NCBI GenBank assembly: GCA_029717555.1
Contig: JAMDHS010000001.1
Location: forward strand, 186,001-250,000
Origin: Peribolospora baueri
Taxonomy: Eukaryota
Length of the DNA: 64,000 nt
Direction: 5' to 3'
In this document: positions 25,823 to 42,180 of the stretch, in pieces
How the letters are laid out: each line of letters opens with the position of its first letter
Numbering within the stretch: position 1 is the first letter of the stretch
Notes under the pieces: model-generated
The model's database searches: none
The model's input: only the letters and a program-made list of their open reading frames with translations
Told to the model about the DNA's origin: nothing
Translations under genes and position numbers: made by a program

Positions 25823-28256
25823 TCAGATGGCAGAATCCATGGTGCCCCCTCCAACGCCCGGAAAAGCCATCGCCCTCTCCGACGCGGCCGCTGCAGCAGT
25901 AGCGCTGGAAGCGGCGGCGGAGGCGGCGGCAGCGTCGATTCGGCCACCGCCACCGCCGGCGGCGGCGCCGAGCTCGTCTTCGAGGACGCGATTCTTCTCC
26001 TCGAGCCATTTGATGAGGTCGACGGCTTGGAAAAGCACAGCGGCCTTGCTGCCCGCGCCCCCTCCTCCAGCAGCACCTCCCCTGCCCCGTCCTCTCCCCC
26101 TCCCCCTCGACGCCTTCTTGCCCCGCTGCTTCGTCTTAGCCCCTTCCCCACCCTCCCCCTCCGAATCCGAACCGACCCATCCCATCCCTTCAGACTCGCC
26201 CAAGTGCCTCGCGCCCAACCGCCTCCCCTCACGAATAAGATCGACGAGTTCGACGAACCCTTCGCGGATGTGGTTCCGCCGACGTTGTTCAGACAAGATG
26301 TGGTTCGCCCGCTTCTCTGCCGACGTTAGCAGTTCGCGCTTTGGTTGCGCCGTCGCTGCTGCGGAGGAGGGCGTGGTGGAAATGGAGCGGCGGGAGGAGC
26401 CGGAGCCGGAGCGGTGAGGCAAGGTGGTGGCAACATCGGGAGAGGAGACGGAGAGCGCAGCGTGAGACGTCTTGGCCTTTTTCTTCCCGTTCCCCTTCCT
26501 TCCCCCTCCTTGGCCCCTGTCGTTGCTGTCCGCCAAAGGCCGACGCCCGCCGGCGGCCGCGGCGCCGTTGAGCATGCCCATTCCCTCGTCGCCATCCAGC
26601 CTCTCCCTCTTCACCTTGGCGACGGCGACTTTTCCCTCCTCCCTGTCTCTATCCCTATCACGCACCCTCGCCTTGCCTTTCGCCTTGCCGCTCGGCCGCC
26701 CCCGCTTCTCACCACCTTGGCCGCCACGGGCCAAAGGAGTCATAGTAGCCTCCTCCTCCTCCACGTCCGAGTCCACGCTCTCGCTCTCGCTCTCGCTCCC
26801 GGCCCCCTCATCGTCCGAGTCCGATCCGGACCCAGAGCCCGAGCCCGAGCCCGAGCCAGAACCAGAGCTGGGGCCCAAGCCGGAGCCGGAGGGCGAAGGC
26901 GAAGGTGAACCCGAGTCAGAACGAGATTCGTCCACCGACTCGTTCTCCGAACCCGACGACGCCCGCCCCCTCCCCCTGGCCCCCGCCGTTGTGCCGTTCC
27001 CGCGCTGCTGTTGCTGATACGCAGGTCGAGAGAAAGGCCCGTGGCCTGCGCCTGCGCCGAGGCCAGCGAGGTCGAACGCTCCAGCGGTGATCGCAAACTG
27101 TGCCGGTTCCATCACGTGCGCCTGCCATTGCCCTTGACCTTGACCTTGCCCTTGACCTTGACCTTGAAGGACGCGTGCGTCGACGCCGGAAGAAGAGGAG
27201 GAAGAAGGAGGCGGGTGGTAGCGAGGCAAGTCATCGGGAAGGAGGGGATCAAAGTCCCACAAAAAGTCCTTGTCGAGGAATGAGCCGAGGAAGGAAGCTT
27301 CGTTGGCGCTGAAAAGCGGTTGGACGTGTACCTGCTGAGCCCCCGACGCGGCGCTCGTTGGTGGTGATAGTTGCGATGATGACGGCTGTGGGGAAACGCC
27401 GAAGGGCACGGCGGTGAGGCCTAAGGCGGAGGAAGAGGCAGTGAGGCCTAAAGCAGAGGAAGAAGAAGGCGCGGGGGGAGGGATGGAAAAAGGCTGAGGC
27501 GGGAAGTAAGAAGACGGGGAGGAGGCCGCCAGCGGGGGCGGGGCCCGCCCCTGCCCCTGGCCGTAACTTTGGCTAGCTGGCGGGGACATGGACATGGGCA
27601 TGGACACAGAAGAGGACGTGGCCGTGGGCGGGCCGTGCTCCCTCGTGGTCGACACCGCGTAGGCTCCGGCACCGGCACCGGCACCAAAACTCGTATAGCC
27701 CGTCGTCCCGATGGGCGTTGTCGCGCCGGACAGGACGAACCCGTGCGGCGGCGGTGTCTCCACCGGCGGCAGACCGCCGCCCGCGCCAGCGTCACCGTGT
27801 CCGTTGGTGGGGGAGGCAAAGGTGGAGTGTCCGCGGGAGTGTGCGGCCCAGGAGTGGGAGGAGGGCGAGAAGGGGTTGGTGAGCGCTAGGGACGGGTCGG
27901 CGAGAAAGGAGGTGGGCAGGTCGAGGTGAAAGTGAAAGTCTGGGTGGGGGAAGAAACAAGTAGAATGAGGTTGGGCGGGCCTCAGGGATGAAGAGGCTCT
28001 CCTCTCCGAAACGGACGGACTGACCTTCATAAGGAACAGGCATAGGAGGGAGGTCCGCACTGGAGATGTGTCCCGTCTCCGGCGGCGTGAGGAAGGAGTG
28101 CTCGCTGGTGGTAGCGGCGGCGGTGGTTGGAGAAGAGGCCATGTCTGATGGTTGATGGGTATGGTGACGGTGTTGTTGATGTTGCTGATGTTGCTGCTGC
28201 TGCTGCTCTTGGGGAGGACAGCGAGAAAAGTTGGTGTCCTCGTCCATGGCGTCCAT
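25823..28256 (-). CDS. bHLH transcription factor, Ino2/Ino4 (Mlx-like) family
   Basis: RELLTSAEKRANHILSEQRRRNHIREGFVELVDLI...SKAAVLFQAVDLIKWLEEKN; LFSANEASFLGSFLD motif; first exon MDAMDEDT with an intron near 28024-27887. Confidence 0.85.
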
Positions 28257-29416
28257 GACGGATGTACGTGCGGCGGGAGGCCTTTGCGTGCGTTAGGGCG
28301 AGAGGTGTCGGCAGTATGAAGGAGCGAGTCGTGACGAGGGAAAGAGGGGGAATCGATGATGGAGGAGATGAAGATGGAAGTGGTATAGTGAAGACGATCC
28401 GACGGCCGTCCCGAGCGCGCGAGGTGGGTGGATGGCCGAGCGTACCGTCGACGTCGACGGCCGGCTACGAGGACGAGGAGGACGATGCGATCCTCCGTAC
28501 CCGTTCTTTGCCTCGTCGCAATCCACGCCCTCGCTCTCCCTGGCGATGGTCGTGATGTCGCAGCGAGTCGAAGACGACAGCGACGACGGCGGGCGACATC
28601 GACCGGACAACTGGTCCGCCTGTCCGCCTGTTCGTTGGCCACCCGTCTTTCGCCCTCTTCCTGTCTGCCCTCTCCGGCCGGCTTTGCTTTGCTTGGCTTC
28701 GTTTGCGGGGTGGAGGTGGAGATGGAGATGGAAGTGGAGATGGAGATGGGGGATGGTGGATGTGAGCGGCTGATAAGATGGTCGTCGACGCGACGTCGAA
28801 GCTGAACCTCTTTCTCTTTCTCTCTCTCGACAGCGGCACAACTCACTACCCCGCTTTTTCGTCTGCCTGCTCGCCTCGCGTTGCTGAGCTCATCCAGCCT
28901 GACCGCCAATGTCTCTTTCCAGTCTCCCCCTCTCTCCGCTTCCTTCCCTCGCCTCCGCCATCCGTCCGGGGAAAGCCAACCAAAGGCCAAAGAAAAGTCA
29001 GGTCACACCTTCCGCCGCGCCCGCGGGCGCTTCCGGCTCGGACTAATCGCCCTCCAGCCGGATCTACCCGGCGGATCTGGTTGCTGGTGCCGCCGCCGGG
29101 CCAACTCAGTGCAAGACAAGACAGAGACAGCAGAGACCAGACCAGACCATGTCATGTCCCTCCGCTCGTCCTCTTTCTACCTTCTCCGCACTCCTCGGCG
29201 CGCTCTGGAGACAGACGACAGACAACAGACCACAGCGGCGTGTCTTCTCAGGCGCACGGCACGGTCCAGTCGGCCGACCGAACAGAACAGAAGAGATGGA
29301 CGGTACACATATCTATATCTACACGCAACCACAGTCGACAGACAAACACGACGACGAAGAAAAAGAAAACCAGCTGTCGGTGCATGCCATGCCTCGCGTC
29401 CAATCCGCCGTTATGC

Positions 29417-30267
29417 CTATACCAGCGGTTTTGGTTTCTTGACTGCAAGGACAGATGCGGCAGGACGGAGAGGCCAGTCGGACGAAGAGAGAAGCGAAGC
29501 ATGCCACCCATCAGCGTCTGCCCTCCCGGTCGCCGTGTCGAACGAGCGAGCGGAAACAAAGCGAAAAGAACCTCGCTAGCACTCACCGCCGTACTTGGAT
29601 CGGCTCGTAGCCCTGTTCGCCACGCCGGACAGGTCGAGCGCGCCTCGGACGAGTTTGTATCTGAGCGACGCGGGCAAGAAAGAGAGAGGGAGGGAAGCCG
29701 GGAAGGAAGAAGGTCAGGCTTATCTTGCCCAGGCAAGACGTCCAACCGTCTCCACACCGCCGCCCGCTCACCTCACACCACCCAAGTCCTGTGTCCTCCC
29801 TCCCCTGACCAATACAACCGAGTGCTCCTGCAGGTTATGTCCCTCGCCAGGGATATAAGCAATCACAGTCCGCCCATTGCTCAACTTCACCCTAGCCACT
29901 TTACGGATCGCAGAGTTGGGCTTCTTCGGCTTGGTCGTATACACTTTGGCGCACACGCCCTTCTTCTGGTACGAACCCTCCAGCGCAGGAGACTTGCTCT
30001 TTGGCGGCGGACGAGGCTTGCGCGCACCCCGGAGCACTTGGTTCAGCGTCGCCAGAGACGGCGCAGTGGTGGAGAACGGGCGGGCGCGGATGAGCGAGCC
30101 AGTTGACGGTGGACCGGCGGACAGCGATGTCCGTGCGAAGGCCCGGCAGAGCGACGAGAGCGAGGTGGAGGCCTGACGAGGACGGCGCGGCAAGGTTCGT
30201 CGTATGAGCTGCTCATCATCATCATCACCGCGTCCATCCCAAGCGAGCCCACGTCTTCGCTCACCAT
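29417..30267 (-). CDS. MRPS12: Mitochondrial ribosomal protein uS12m (4 exons; first coding exon is the ATG only)
   Basis: [71 protein letters not shown]-terminal presequence. Confidence 0.95.
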
Positions 30268-30637
30268 GACTAACTGCTTGCGACCCACTTGTCCAATGTC
30301 CGGCCGTCGTCGTCCTCGCTCGGTCAGTCACCACCACCACCGTCGCCCGACCCGTCCGCGACTGCGGCACGTGAAAAGCGCTCTGGCCATTGTCCTGCTG
30401 CGGCCACCTGCGTGCCCTGCCTGCTGCGGCGTCTCCTGGAAACGCGCTCATTTCATTTCGAGGCGCGACGCGCTCCAAATTTTTCTTTTTCCTCCCCCCC
30501 CACTCCTTGTGGATCGGGCACCGACATCGACGCTCCCTTTCCCCTCTTCCTTCCGTCTCCTCTTATTTCCTCTCGCCTTGCTTCGCATAGGTAGCTTGTT
30601 CCATTTCCATTTCCGTCCTCACCGCTCCGACCGCACC

Positions 30638-33421
<2,784 letters not shown>

Positions 33422-33986
33422 AACATGTATCTCGCCAGCCGCTCAGGCCTCCCTCTCTCTCTCTCTCCCTCGACGTCGCCTCTCATCATCCAGGGTTGTA
33501 CAGGAGGATACAGATGGTCACGTCCGAATATGAAGGCAGCAAGCAGTCTGTGCACAGCACGGCCTCACCGAGGTGCCCATTCTGAGAAAGAGCGCTAGAC
33601 GGGTGTAGGAATCCGAGCTGGATCGCCCGCCCCGCACGCTTCTCCTGGCTTTTATTTTCTTTGTTTTTGATCACCGCGCACTACCGGCCCACTCGATCGA
33701 AAGAAGTACTGGACCGGTTAAGTAAACCATCAGGGGAAGAAGAACCAAAAAAAGCTCGGAGGAGAAAAATGGGTCCGTAAGGTAGGAGCGACGTGTTTAC
33801 GACGGATGTAGAAGCAAACATGCACGCAAGGTTGGCCAGGTAGGCGATCACCCCGCCGAGCGCGGGGCCGGAATCGACCGGATCAACGGTTCGCCAAACG
33901 ACGACCGCAAACGTTTTCTGTTTCATGCGCTCCCTCGAAGAACCGGTACACGCTCGAGCTCGACACGCCCGGACAGACTGGGCTAG

Positions 33987-36900
33987 CTACCGACGAGCGA
34001 GACGCTTTGCCGTCGCGGGTGACAGGAGATCTGGTGGTACGAGCTTGCGGACCTGGTCGCGTGAAGGCGGAGTGAGATGATGAAGTTGGACGACATGGGA
34101 GCGACGGAGTGCAAACGCGGGGATGGTCAGGGATGAGCTTCTCAACCGACGCGCGGACGCCCCACTCACCCTTTCCGCGATCTCCTTTCCCCCCACGTCC
34201 CATCCCTCCTCTACGGCTGGCATCATGACGCCGCCCACGAGTCTATCGACAGCGCTTCGGAAGTCGGCACGCAAGCGTTCGGGTAGGTACCGTCGCCAGC
34301 CGAGGAGGTTGGCGAGAAGCTTCAGTCGGCCTCGCAGGAAGACGAGTCGAGCTGGTGGCGCGGCGGGGTCGATGGGCGGCGCTGGGCGGAGGGGAGGCGA
34401 TGAAAGCTGATAGAGGTGGTCGTCGATGGCTGTGTAAAAGGGAGAGAGGAGGGCGGATAGGAGGGACTGCATGCGAGCATCCATCAAACGATGCGACGCG
34501 AAAGGACGAGATCGCGGTCAGCGAAATTGAAGCGCTCGATTCGGATGAAGGAGCTCGGGAGGGATAGGCCGCTGGTGATGGAAGGAGCTGCTCACCTCGA
34601 ACCTCCGATTATCCTTCTTCAACGCGTACGAGATCTCTTCCACCGTCTCCCTGATCCGTCTAGTCTGCTTGGATGAGTACGGATCGTACACGCCCGCCTC
34701 CGCCATCCTGACCACCTTCTGGATGAGGACCGTCTGGATGAGCTGAGACACTACGTCATCTTCCTCCGCTTCCTCGTCTCGGTCCTCGTCAGAAGTAGGC
34801 GTCCCTGTCCTGCCCTCATGCATGAAAACAGACAGTGCTGTATGCCATCCGAAATCGGCCAAACTCTTTGGGGCCGACAACTCAGAAGGGAAGCCCTCCA
34901 CACCTCCAAGCGTTCCGAAAGGGTCCCAAGAGCTCATCTGCCAACGTGCCCAGAATTCCCACACCTGCACCAGCGCAAGGCCTCCGAATGCGTTGCGGTA
35001 GTCCTCGGCGTATCGCCTTCGCCACTCGGAGAAGCGACCTTGAACGCCTCCGGACGGGTGAGAGGGGTCGAGGTATTCTGGGGCCTTGACGTCAGACATG
35101 ACATTAGCCACCCGGTCGGGCAAGTCTGCCAGGGCAGAGACGAGCGCGGACGCGTCCGTCGGAGAGAGGTCCGAGTCGGTGGCGTAGCCCTCCTCCTCTT
35201 CCGAAGGCTGCCCCGCCGGCGTTGGAGAAGTCAATTGCGCTTCGCGACGCGCTCGTCGTTGCCCCCTCCGCGTCTCCCGAATTTCTGACCTCGACGGACC
35301 GTCATCCCCAGACGGTTCTTCGGCATCCTCCATCTCTTCGTCACCGTCGTCAGCCGCTCGTCGCCGAGGTGGACGACGTGGCACGCCAAAGAACAAGGAG
35401 AGGTCATCCTCTGTGTCTTTAGCTCGACGAGATTGCACCAACTTCGTTCGCTCCGCGAGCAAAGCCCGCAAATCTGACTCCACCGACTCCAAGCGTGGGT
35501 ACTGCAGTTGAAGTGAGAAATGAGAACTTTACGTAAGTCGCTTGGTCGAGAGACGGGGCAGGTTCAAGCCAGTACCCACTTTGTCGTCTAGGAAGCCGAC
35601 CAGTTCCTCCATAAGTGCACTGAACTCGCGGAACCACACTTCCTTGCGATTGACCTTTTCCACCTCTTCACGCAGGAGCGTCTCTTGCTCGTCAAGAGAG
35701 GAAAGCTCATTTTGCGCGTAGGACAACTGCGTTTCGTGCTCGGCATGGGCGATAGATAGGTTTTGCAGCGCAGACGAGAGACGCAACGACGCTGATGAGA
35801 GCGCTGGGACGGGTAAGGCCTCTGGAACTGTCGGGGTAACGAAAAATATATCAGCTCATGATCGAAATTGTCCGGTGCATGGAAGGGAAAGTTGGTGCAC
35901 TTACTCGGCGCTGGCCGATACGGTTTCTTGATTGCCTTCGCATTTCGTTCCCGTACGTCCCTGTCTTCCCGCGTGGCTCGTTGGATTTGCGCCCTCTCCC
36001 ACTCCGCCATTTCTTCGTCATCTTCCTCCCTACATTTCAAGAAAAAAACCATGTGACGATGGGTCAGTTAAAAAGCGTCAGCACGATGACGAGGAGGGAC
36101 GGCACTCACATGTCCTCGATCATTTCCATCATTCCCGCGCGACGCTTCTCTTCTGCCTTCCTTCGGGCCTCTTTGCCCAACGGAATTCGCTCCTGCGCAC
36201 CGGTATACTCAGCTTGGTCTGTGCAGAGAAAAAAAAAATCCGACCCAAAAACGATTTGAGCTCTTTTTTTTCAGAAGGAAGGCAAAGAAATAGCTTTGGA
36301 GGAAAACGAAAGCCCACCGTCCTCGCCATCCCCAAGCTCGTCTTCCTCCCTCACCGCTGTGTTCTCCCTCCTCGGCCCAGTGTCCGTCTCCCAATCATCT
36401 CGTCGCATCACCTGTCCTGCATTAAGAGAGATGAAATCCTCGCTCTGCCCCTGAGCGCGTAGTCGTTCTCGCTTCTCCTTTGCCGCTTTGACCGCCGAAG
36501 GTGTGGGGATGCTCGACGTGCCGTCAAATGCCTCGGGGTATTTGGCTCGAGCGAGCGCGCCGTCGTCCTCGTCATAGATACCGGTCGATGCGGCAGGCGA
36601 CTCGCCACGTCTGGGAGAAGGCAAACTCCGTGTGGCTGCTTTGAGTTGCGAGAGGTAGGCGGCGGAGTAGGTGGGTCGCGAAGAGGCAGCGAATTCAGAT
36701 TCTGGGCCCGGAGTCGAGATGGATGCTTGGGCGAGAGAAGAAGGCAGCCTGATAAACGTCCAGAAACAATGACCGTCAGGGTAACGCCGACGCATTTGCG
36801 CTCCGAATAGTCACATCCTGTCAGCCAGCCGCGCCTGCGCTCACCTCGCCTCCGTTTGCATCTTCCTGCTCAGCGTGCTCTTCTTCACCTTGAAAGTGTC

Positions 36901-37170
36901 CTCCTCCGCTCCATCCTCGTCATTACCTGCAAAACTCAACCCCGCAACGCCACTATTCTTCTTCTCTTTTGCCTTTGCTTTACCCGTAGGACCCCTCACG
37001 ATGGACCGCTGGACGGAAGAAACGTCTTCCTGTGCAGCCGCACCGGGGGCATCGTCGGTGGCGGCAGCAGGATCGCCGGAGGAGTACGCCTTAGTGCGGA
37101 GGGTGCCCTTGTTCTTCGACGACTTTGCGCGCTTAATGATGATGGGAGGGCCTTCCGTCTCGCCGTCCAT
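33987..37170 (-). CDS. GCFC/NTR2-domain spliceosome-disassembly factor (PAXBP1/C2orf3-like)
   Basis: YSAAYLSQLKAAT, IPTPSAVKAAKEKRERLR, EDFISL, EMAEWERAQI, FSEWRRRYAEDYRNAFGGL, YDPYSSKQTRR. Confidence 0.75.
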
Positions 37171-37370
37171 GCTATGCTGGCTCTGGCTCGTCTGGCGGTT
37201 TGGCGAGTTGGTGGTCAAGTGTCGAATGGCTCGTCCGAGTCGAGCGTTGGACTCAATATCGTCCTTCCGCACGTGACACGATCGAGAGCATCGGAGCGGC
37301 GGAAGAAGGCCGGGCTGGTCTTCGTGCTCACGTCCACCCAAGGTGCTCGTTAATAACGAGTTCGCATGCC

Positions 37371-39242
37371 ATGGTTATGTCGGCCTTCTTCACCGTCGTC
37401 CTAGAACCCATACTCACCGCTCTCGGGCTCTATGAGTGCCCCGACCCTACATACGGCCGGCGTTCCCTGCCGGTCTCCGAGGCGGAACTCGAGCTGCAGC
37501 GAGATCCGAGTCTCGAGGTCACCCAAGGTCGCGCGTTCATCCGCGAGGACAAGGAGAGGGTCGAGCTGAAGGAGGTCGGTCATGACAAGCCCGGATCATT
37601 TGCGGGCGAGGGAGTCAAGGCAGGCAAGCGCTGGATTGCCTATCAGACCCTCCGGGATCCCATGGCCGAGGAGAGAGAGAGCCTCAATGCCGACGTATAC
37701 ATGGTGAGTTCTTCAGAATGTCCGTCTGAGGAGATGATTGACAGCACAGGAGCTGATCTCTCGACCTTCTCTTTCCAAACATAGATTCACGGTATCAACG
37801 GTATGCGTCGTCCGCCTCCGTGATGTCGTGCAGTGGCTGATACCGGTCATTTTGTCACCCATTCTTCTACCACCATACCACATCAATCACCCCAGACTAC
37901 GGAGTGAGTTTCGTACAAAATAGCGATGTTATCAGTTGGTGAATGGAAGCACGTTTGATTTTCACGCTGATTTTCTTGCTGTCCGGTTACTTTCACGAAG
38001 GGTAAACTTGTCGTCCACGCAGAACCGTTTCTCAAGGCCGGCTTCCGCGTCGTCATCGTCGATCTCCCCTCCCACGGTCGCTCCACCGGACTCCACGTAT
38101 ATCTTCCCAACCTGAAGATCCTCGCAGATGCGCTGCATGCAGTCATCCTCGACATTCATCGCGAGGACATGGCCAAAGGGTTTCGTGAGCGCAAGGGCAG
38201 GAAAGTTTACCTGTTCGGCGGTTCATTGGTGAGCTATTTTTTGTTGTTCTGCCAATGAGGATGAGATAGATGGAAGAGCCCTGAACAATGCCTTTTTATT
38301 CTTTCGTATGGCACACGGTTACTCCAGGGCGGTTTCGTTGCTATGTACTACGCTGCCCTCTATCCCCCTCCACCTCCCGCCGAAGACGACGACTACGTAG
38401 ACGAAGATACCCGTCCTAGGCTAAGCGGCGTAGTGGGCAGCGCGCCGATGCTCGGCAGTGAGCATTACTATTGCCGTCCTCCAAGCATCGTTAGCACGAC
38501 TCATGTTTTCGTCCTGCCTCGCGATATGACTTCGTACTGGCTCTGTCCAGTCGCACCCGAATCGTACCCCTCCAAGCTGGTCGAATTTGCCGGCCGTGTG
38601 CTAAGCTGGGCCCTGCCTAGGCTTGCGTTTGTCAGCGGGGTCCGCGGCAATATCCATCAGGACCCCCGTGTCGAACAAGAGTTTTTGGCCGACCCCAGGA
38701 CGTACCATGGGCATGTGAGTGAACTGGAGCCTACATGTGAAAACAGTCGACGTGGAGAGCCACAGTTCTGTTTCAACATAGTTGAGGCATCCTACACCGT
38801 CACTGACTTATACATTACGGGGCTGGACTTTTTTCCCGCAGGTCCGCATTGCCACGGCCCTCGCCATCGTGAACGGCCTCGAACATCTCCAGCAGCTCGC
38901 CTCCAAGATCACCGTGCCCATCTTCATCGTGCACGGATTAGCGGACCGAGCAACGTCGCCCGCTGCCAGCAAGGATTTTATTGAGAATCGCGTCAGCACG
39001 CCCAAGGAGGATCGAAAGATTAAGATGTATCCTGGCTATGAACATGTCATGCTGGCCAAATATGACGGCATGCCGGCAGAGGAGGAGAAGAAACGCATGG
39101 CTGTGAGTTGCCCTCCTATCCTTGGCGGGACGGTGTTGGACCCTGACATGTTTCTCGTCTGCCTTCCCTTTACGCTCGACAGGTCCTTGAGGACGTGCGA
39201 GACTGGCTTCTCGATCAAGCTCGGAAACAGACATCGCCATAG
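37371..39242 (+). CDS. Alpha/beta-hydrolase, monoacylglycerol lipase/lysophospholipase-like
   Basis: IHGINDYGGK (assembled from micro-exons), GFRVVIVDLPSHGRSTG, GGSLGG nucleophile elbow, VPIFIVHGLADRAT, YPGYEH. Confidence 0.85.
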
Positions 39243-39428
39243 AGATCATGATGAAGAGGATCTGCTTTCAGGAACCTTCCTTCAGACGTTATCGACTGGA
39301 TCATACACGCCTTTCGCCGAATTCTTCTCACGCTCCTCACTTCCTAAACTCGTCCTCTGTTCTTTTCTCCTTCTTCCTTCAGAGACATGGAATCGCTCGC
39401 TGGGTCTATACGGAATATCACCGCTATC

Positions 39429-41837
39429 TTAGAGCCTGTGTCCCAGGACCTTCCTCTTGTAGATCGTCTCCAGCTCGGCCCTACTCTCGCGAATCCACTT
39501 GCTTTCGGCTAGAGCGCGCTGGACCGTGAAGCGGGTGCGCACGTTCCGGTCGAGGAGACCGTAGATGAACGCTGCGGCTGCACCGTCGTCGACGTTGGAT
39601 CGAAGACATCAGCGCTTCCATTCCCCCCTTCTCATGCGTAGAGCATAGCGCGGCGGCGCTTACCAGCAGCAGATATGTGCGCTTCCGCGGGCCATTCAAG
39701 GCACCCTTCAAGAATCCTCAGGACCTGCTCAGCGAAGTTTCGCGCAGCAAGGACATTATACGCCGTGCTAACATGCTCATGTTCATAGCTCGCCGACACT
39801 CACAGTGCGGTTGTGGAACTCCTGGCTAGCCGTCACCTCCCATTCCGGGCTCTCACCTGCGTCCAGACATTGGCGGTATCGCGTCCATTTCTCCACAAAG
39901 TTCGTCGGACTCGCTGCATCAGTCGGTTGGAAACATAAAGGTAAATAGAGGCGACTGGGTTCGTTGACAATATGCACGAGAGGTGACGCACGCAGGTATG
40001 CCTCCTGGTTGTCGTCGAAAGGGTGCCGTCCGAAGAGCATGACGTAACAAACCACCCCTACCGCCCAGCAATCGAGCTGTACGCGCAAGGTGGGAAGTGG
40101 TCAATTGAGGGCTAGTCGCAAGATCCGCGAGAAGCTGAAGCCTACGCTTCCTGCTCACCGAAGCCCCCTCGTAGCCGCTGTTGTCCACTCTCGCGAAGAG
40201 ATATTCGGGACTGAGGTAACTGATGGTGCCAACGGCAGAATACGACCTCGAAGACTCGCCATTCCGCGCCGCGTGAGCGAGTCCAAAGTCAGCCAATTGG
40301 ATCGTGGGGAAGGGGCTTGAGGACGACAGCAGGAGGACGTTCTCAGGCTGAGAGGATCAAGACGATATGAGCTTCGAGGTTCAACCAAGTTTGGGGCAAA
40401 AAAAGCGCGCTAATACTCGCCTTAATATCGCGATGGCTGATGCCTTTGCCATGCAAGTACTGAACACCGTGACGTTCCGTCAGTGAACAAGCCAGAGGAA
40501 ACCTGCATTCCTTCGAAATTAGCTCACTTTGAGCCCTTTTAGCATCTGAAAGCAGATGTATTTGCTTTCAGCTTCGCTGAGGCCACGCTTGGTTTGCACG
40601 TATGAGAATAAGTCTCCGCCCATGACGAGGTCGACGAAGAGATAGCTAAACATCGGACAGCAGCCGCTGGTTAGTCTCGCTCATAAAAGTGTGTCTGGAG
40701 GAAAAACGTGCTGTGCAGACCCACCAGGTCCTTTCTGAGTTTTGGACATCCACCAGGCGATTGATGTTGGGCTGTCAACTCATCCCGAAAGCAAGCGCGT
40801 GAGCACCTCTGCGCAAACATTGGATATCTAGACCGGGCCGTCTGGTCGCTCACATGTTGAATCCTTTTGAGTACGTCAACTTCGCGCTCCAGCGACCGGG
40901 CGAAAATGTCCAGGTCCTCGTCGAACTCAGTTTTCATGCGGACCACTTTACAAGCCACTTGTTTGTGTGCGAGTTTGTCATAGGCGAGATGAACCGTGGC
41001 AGACGCCCCGCTGCCGGAAGCATGAGACGAAAGGTAGGTGAGAAGCTATTTATCGACCATTGAAAGACGTAGAAGACCGAACGCTCACGTCCCCAAGACG
41101 CGATTGAAGACGACGAAGCGGTCGAACATTGCTACTTCCTCATCGGGATGTCCCACACACCCCGCAGCAGGCTCCCCCACACCCAGGTGGATGTAGGTGA
41201 AAGCTATGCTGTGCCATTGCAGATCGTCCTGAGAAAGGGGCATCTCAATGCGATCACCGTCGTTCAGAATGATGGTCTGCCCGTGGATAAGATGACCGTT
41301 CCAGAGCAGCCCATTCAAGGAGAGATCCTTGACGGGGAGCAGTGACGTAGCATATATGCGTCAGGACGAAGAAGGGCAAGGAAAGCCCCTCGTTTGCTCG
41401 AGACCCTGGCTTACCTCGCAGGTCACGAAGACATCTCCGGAGTCTGCCAGGTGGGAGAACAGCTTGAAGTGACGACCGGAGACGCGCGCATCGGAGACGA
41501 CGTAGTCGCTTCACCGAAGGGAAGGTGTCAGCTCGACGAGCATCTCAAAGTCCACTTTCGTGTTTGGCCAGGTGCGGATAGCGAGCAGTGTTGAGTACTG
41601 AGCGAGGACCTTACCAGGATGGGTGTCGTCCGACCACGAAAGGAATGCCCATCTGGATGTGCAGTACTGAGATGACAATACGGGAGGAGGGCCCATCGAC
41701 GGGTGAGCCAAAACAAGTAAATGAACCCACGGCCTGACACAATTAGGCGGGAGAAGATGAAGGCGTCCAACCGTGCGTATTAGGGCCTTGCGTCGTAATG
41801 AGCTGAGCGCAGCTCTGGACGTCCAATGGAGAGGCAT
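39429..41837 (-). CDS. MEK1: FHA-domain Ser/Thr kinase (Chk2/Rad53/Dun1 family, Mek1-like); start codon uncertain
   Basis: FHA VGRHPSCDYVVSDARVSGRHF..DLSLNGLLWNG; ACKVV, LVMGGDLFSY, ISHRDIK/PENVL, LADFGLA, VGTISYLSPE, DCWAVGV; C-terminal WIRESRAELETIYKRKV. Confidence 0.75.
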
Positions 41838-42180
41838 GGTCAGGCGTGGGTGAGCTATCGGGCACAGGGTCGGAATGGATGGTGATGCCCGATAGGAGGC
41901 AGCGCTTTCTCTGAAGTACACTATCGCAGGAGGGCTCGAAAATGACGGGCATGCTTGGCGTGATAACTGAGAGGTCGTCAAGTCACCGTAAGACTTGTCT
42001 TTTCGCGATGGTGGTAGCTGAGAAAGAAAACAGTCTGGCTGCTCGTCCGGTGAAATTGCCGCGGAGACTTGCGTTCGGATCACGCATATAGGCCAGGTGC
42101 AGTTCTCTCCACGCGTCTTGCTTCGACTTCAACAATCGTATCGTGGGGTATCACTATCGTACATACATGCGTGCGAACGT

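Noticed and set aside
26800..28760. Hexamer and trimer repeats (GS, QG, polyQ/H, GGAGAT)
   Set aside because: Ordinary slippage microsatellites in a disordered transcription factor and its leader
25823..28990. 1055-aa single ORF as the bHLH protein
   Set aside because: The upstream part reads through microsatellite-rich leader and intron sequence; a spliced start at 28256 is more plausible
28778..30106. 442-aa plus-strand ORF
   Set aside because: Antisense shadow of MRPS12 plus intergenic DNA; long spurious ORFs are expected at this GC content
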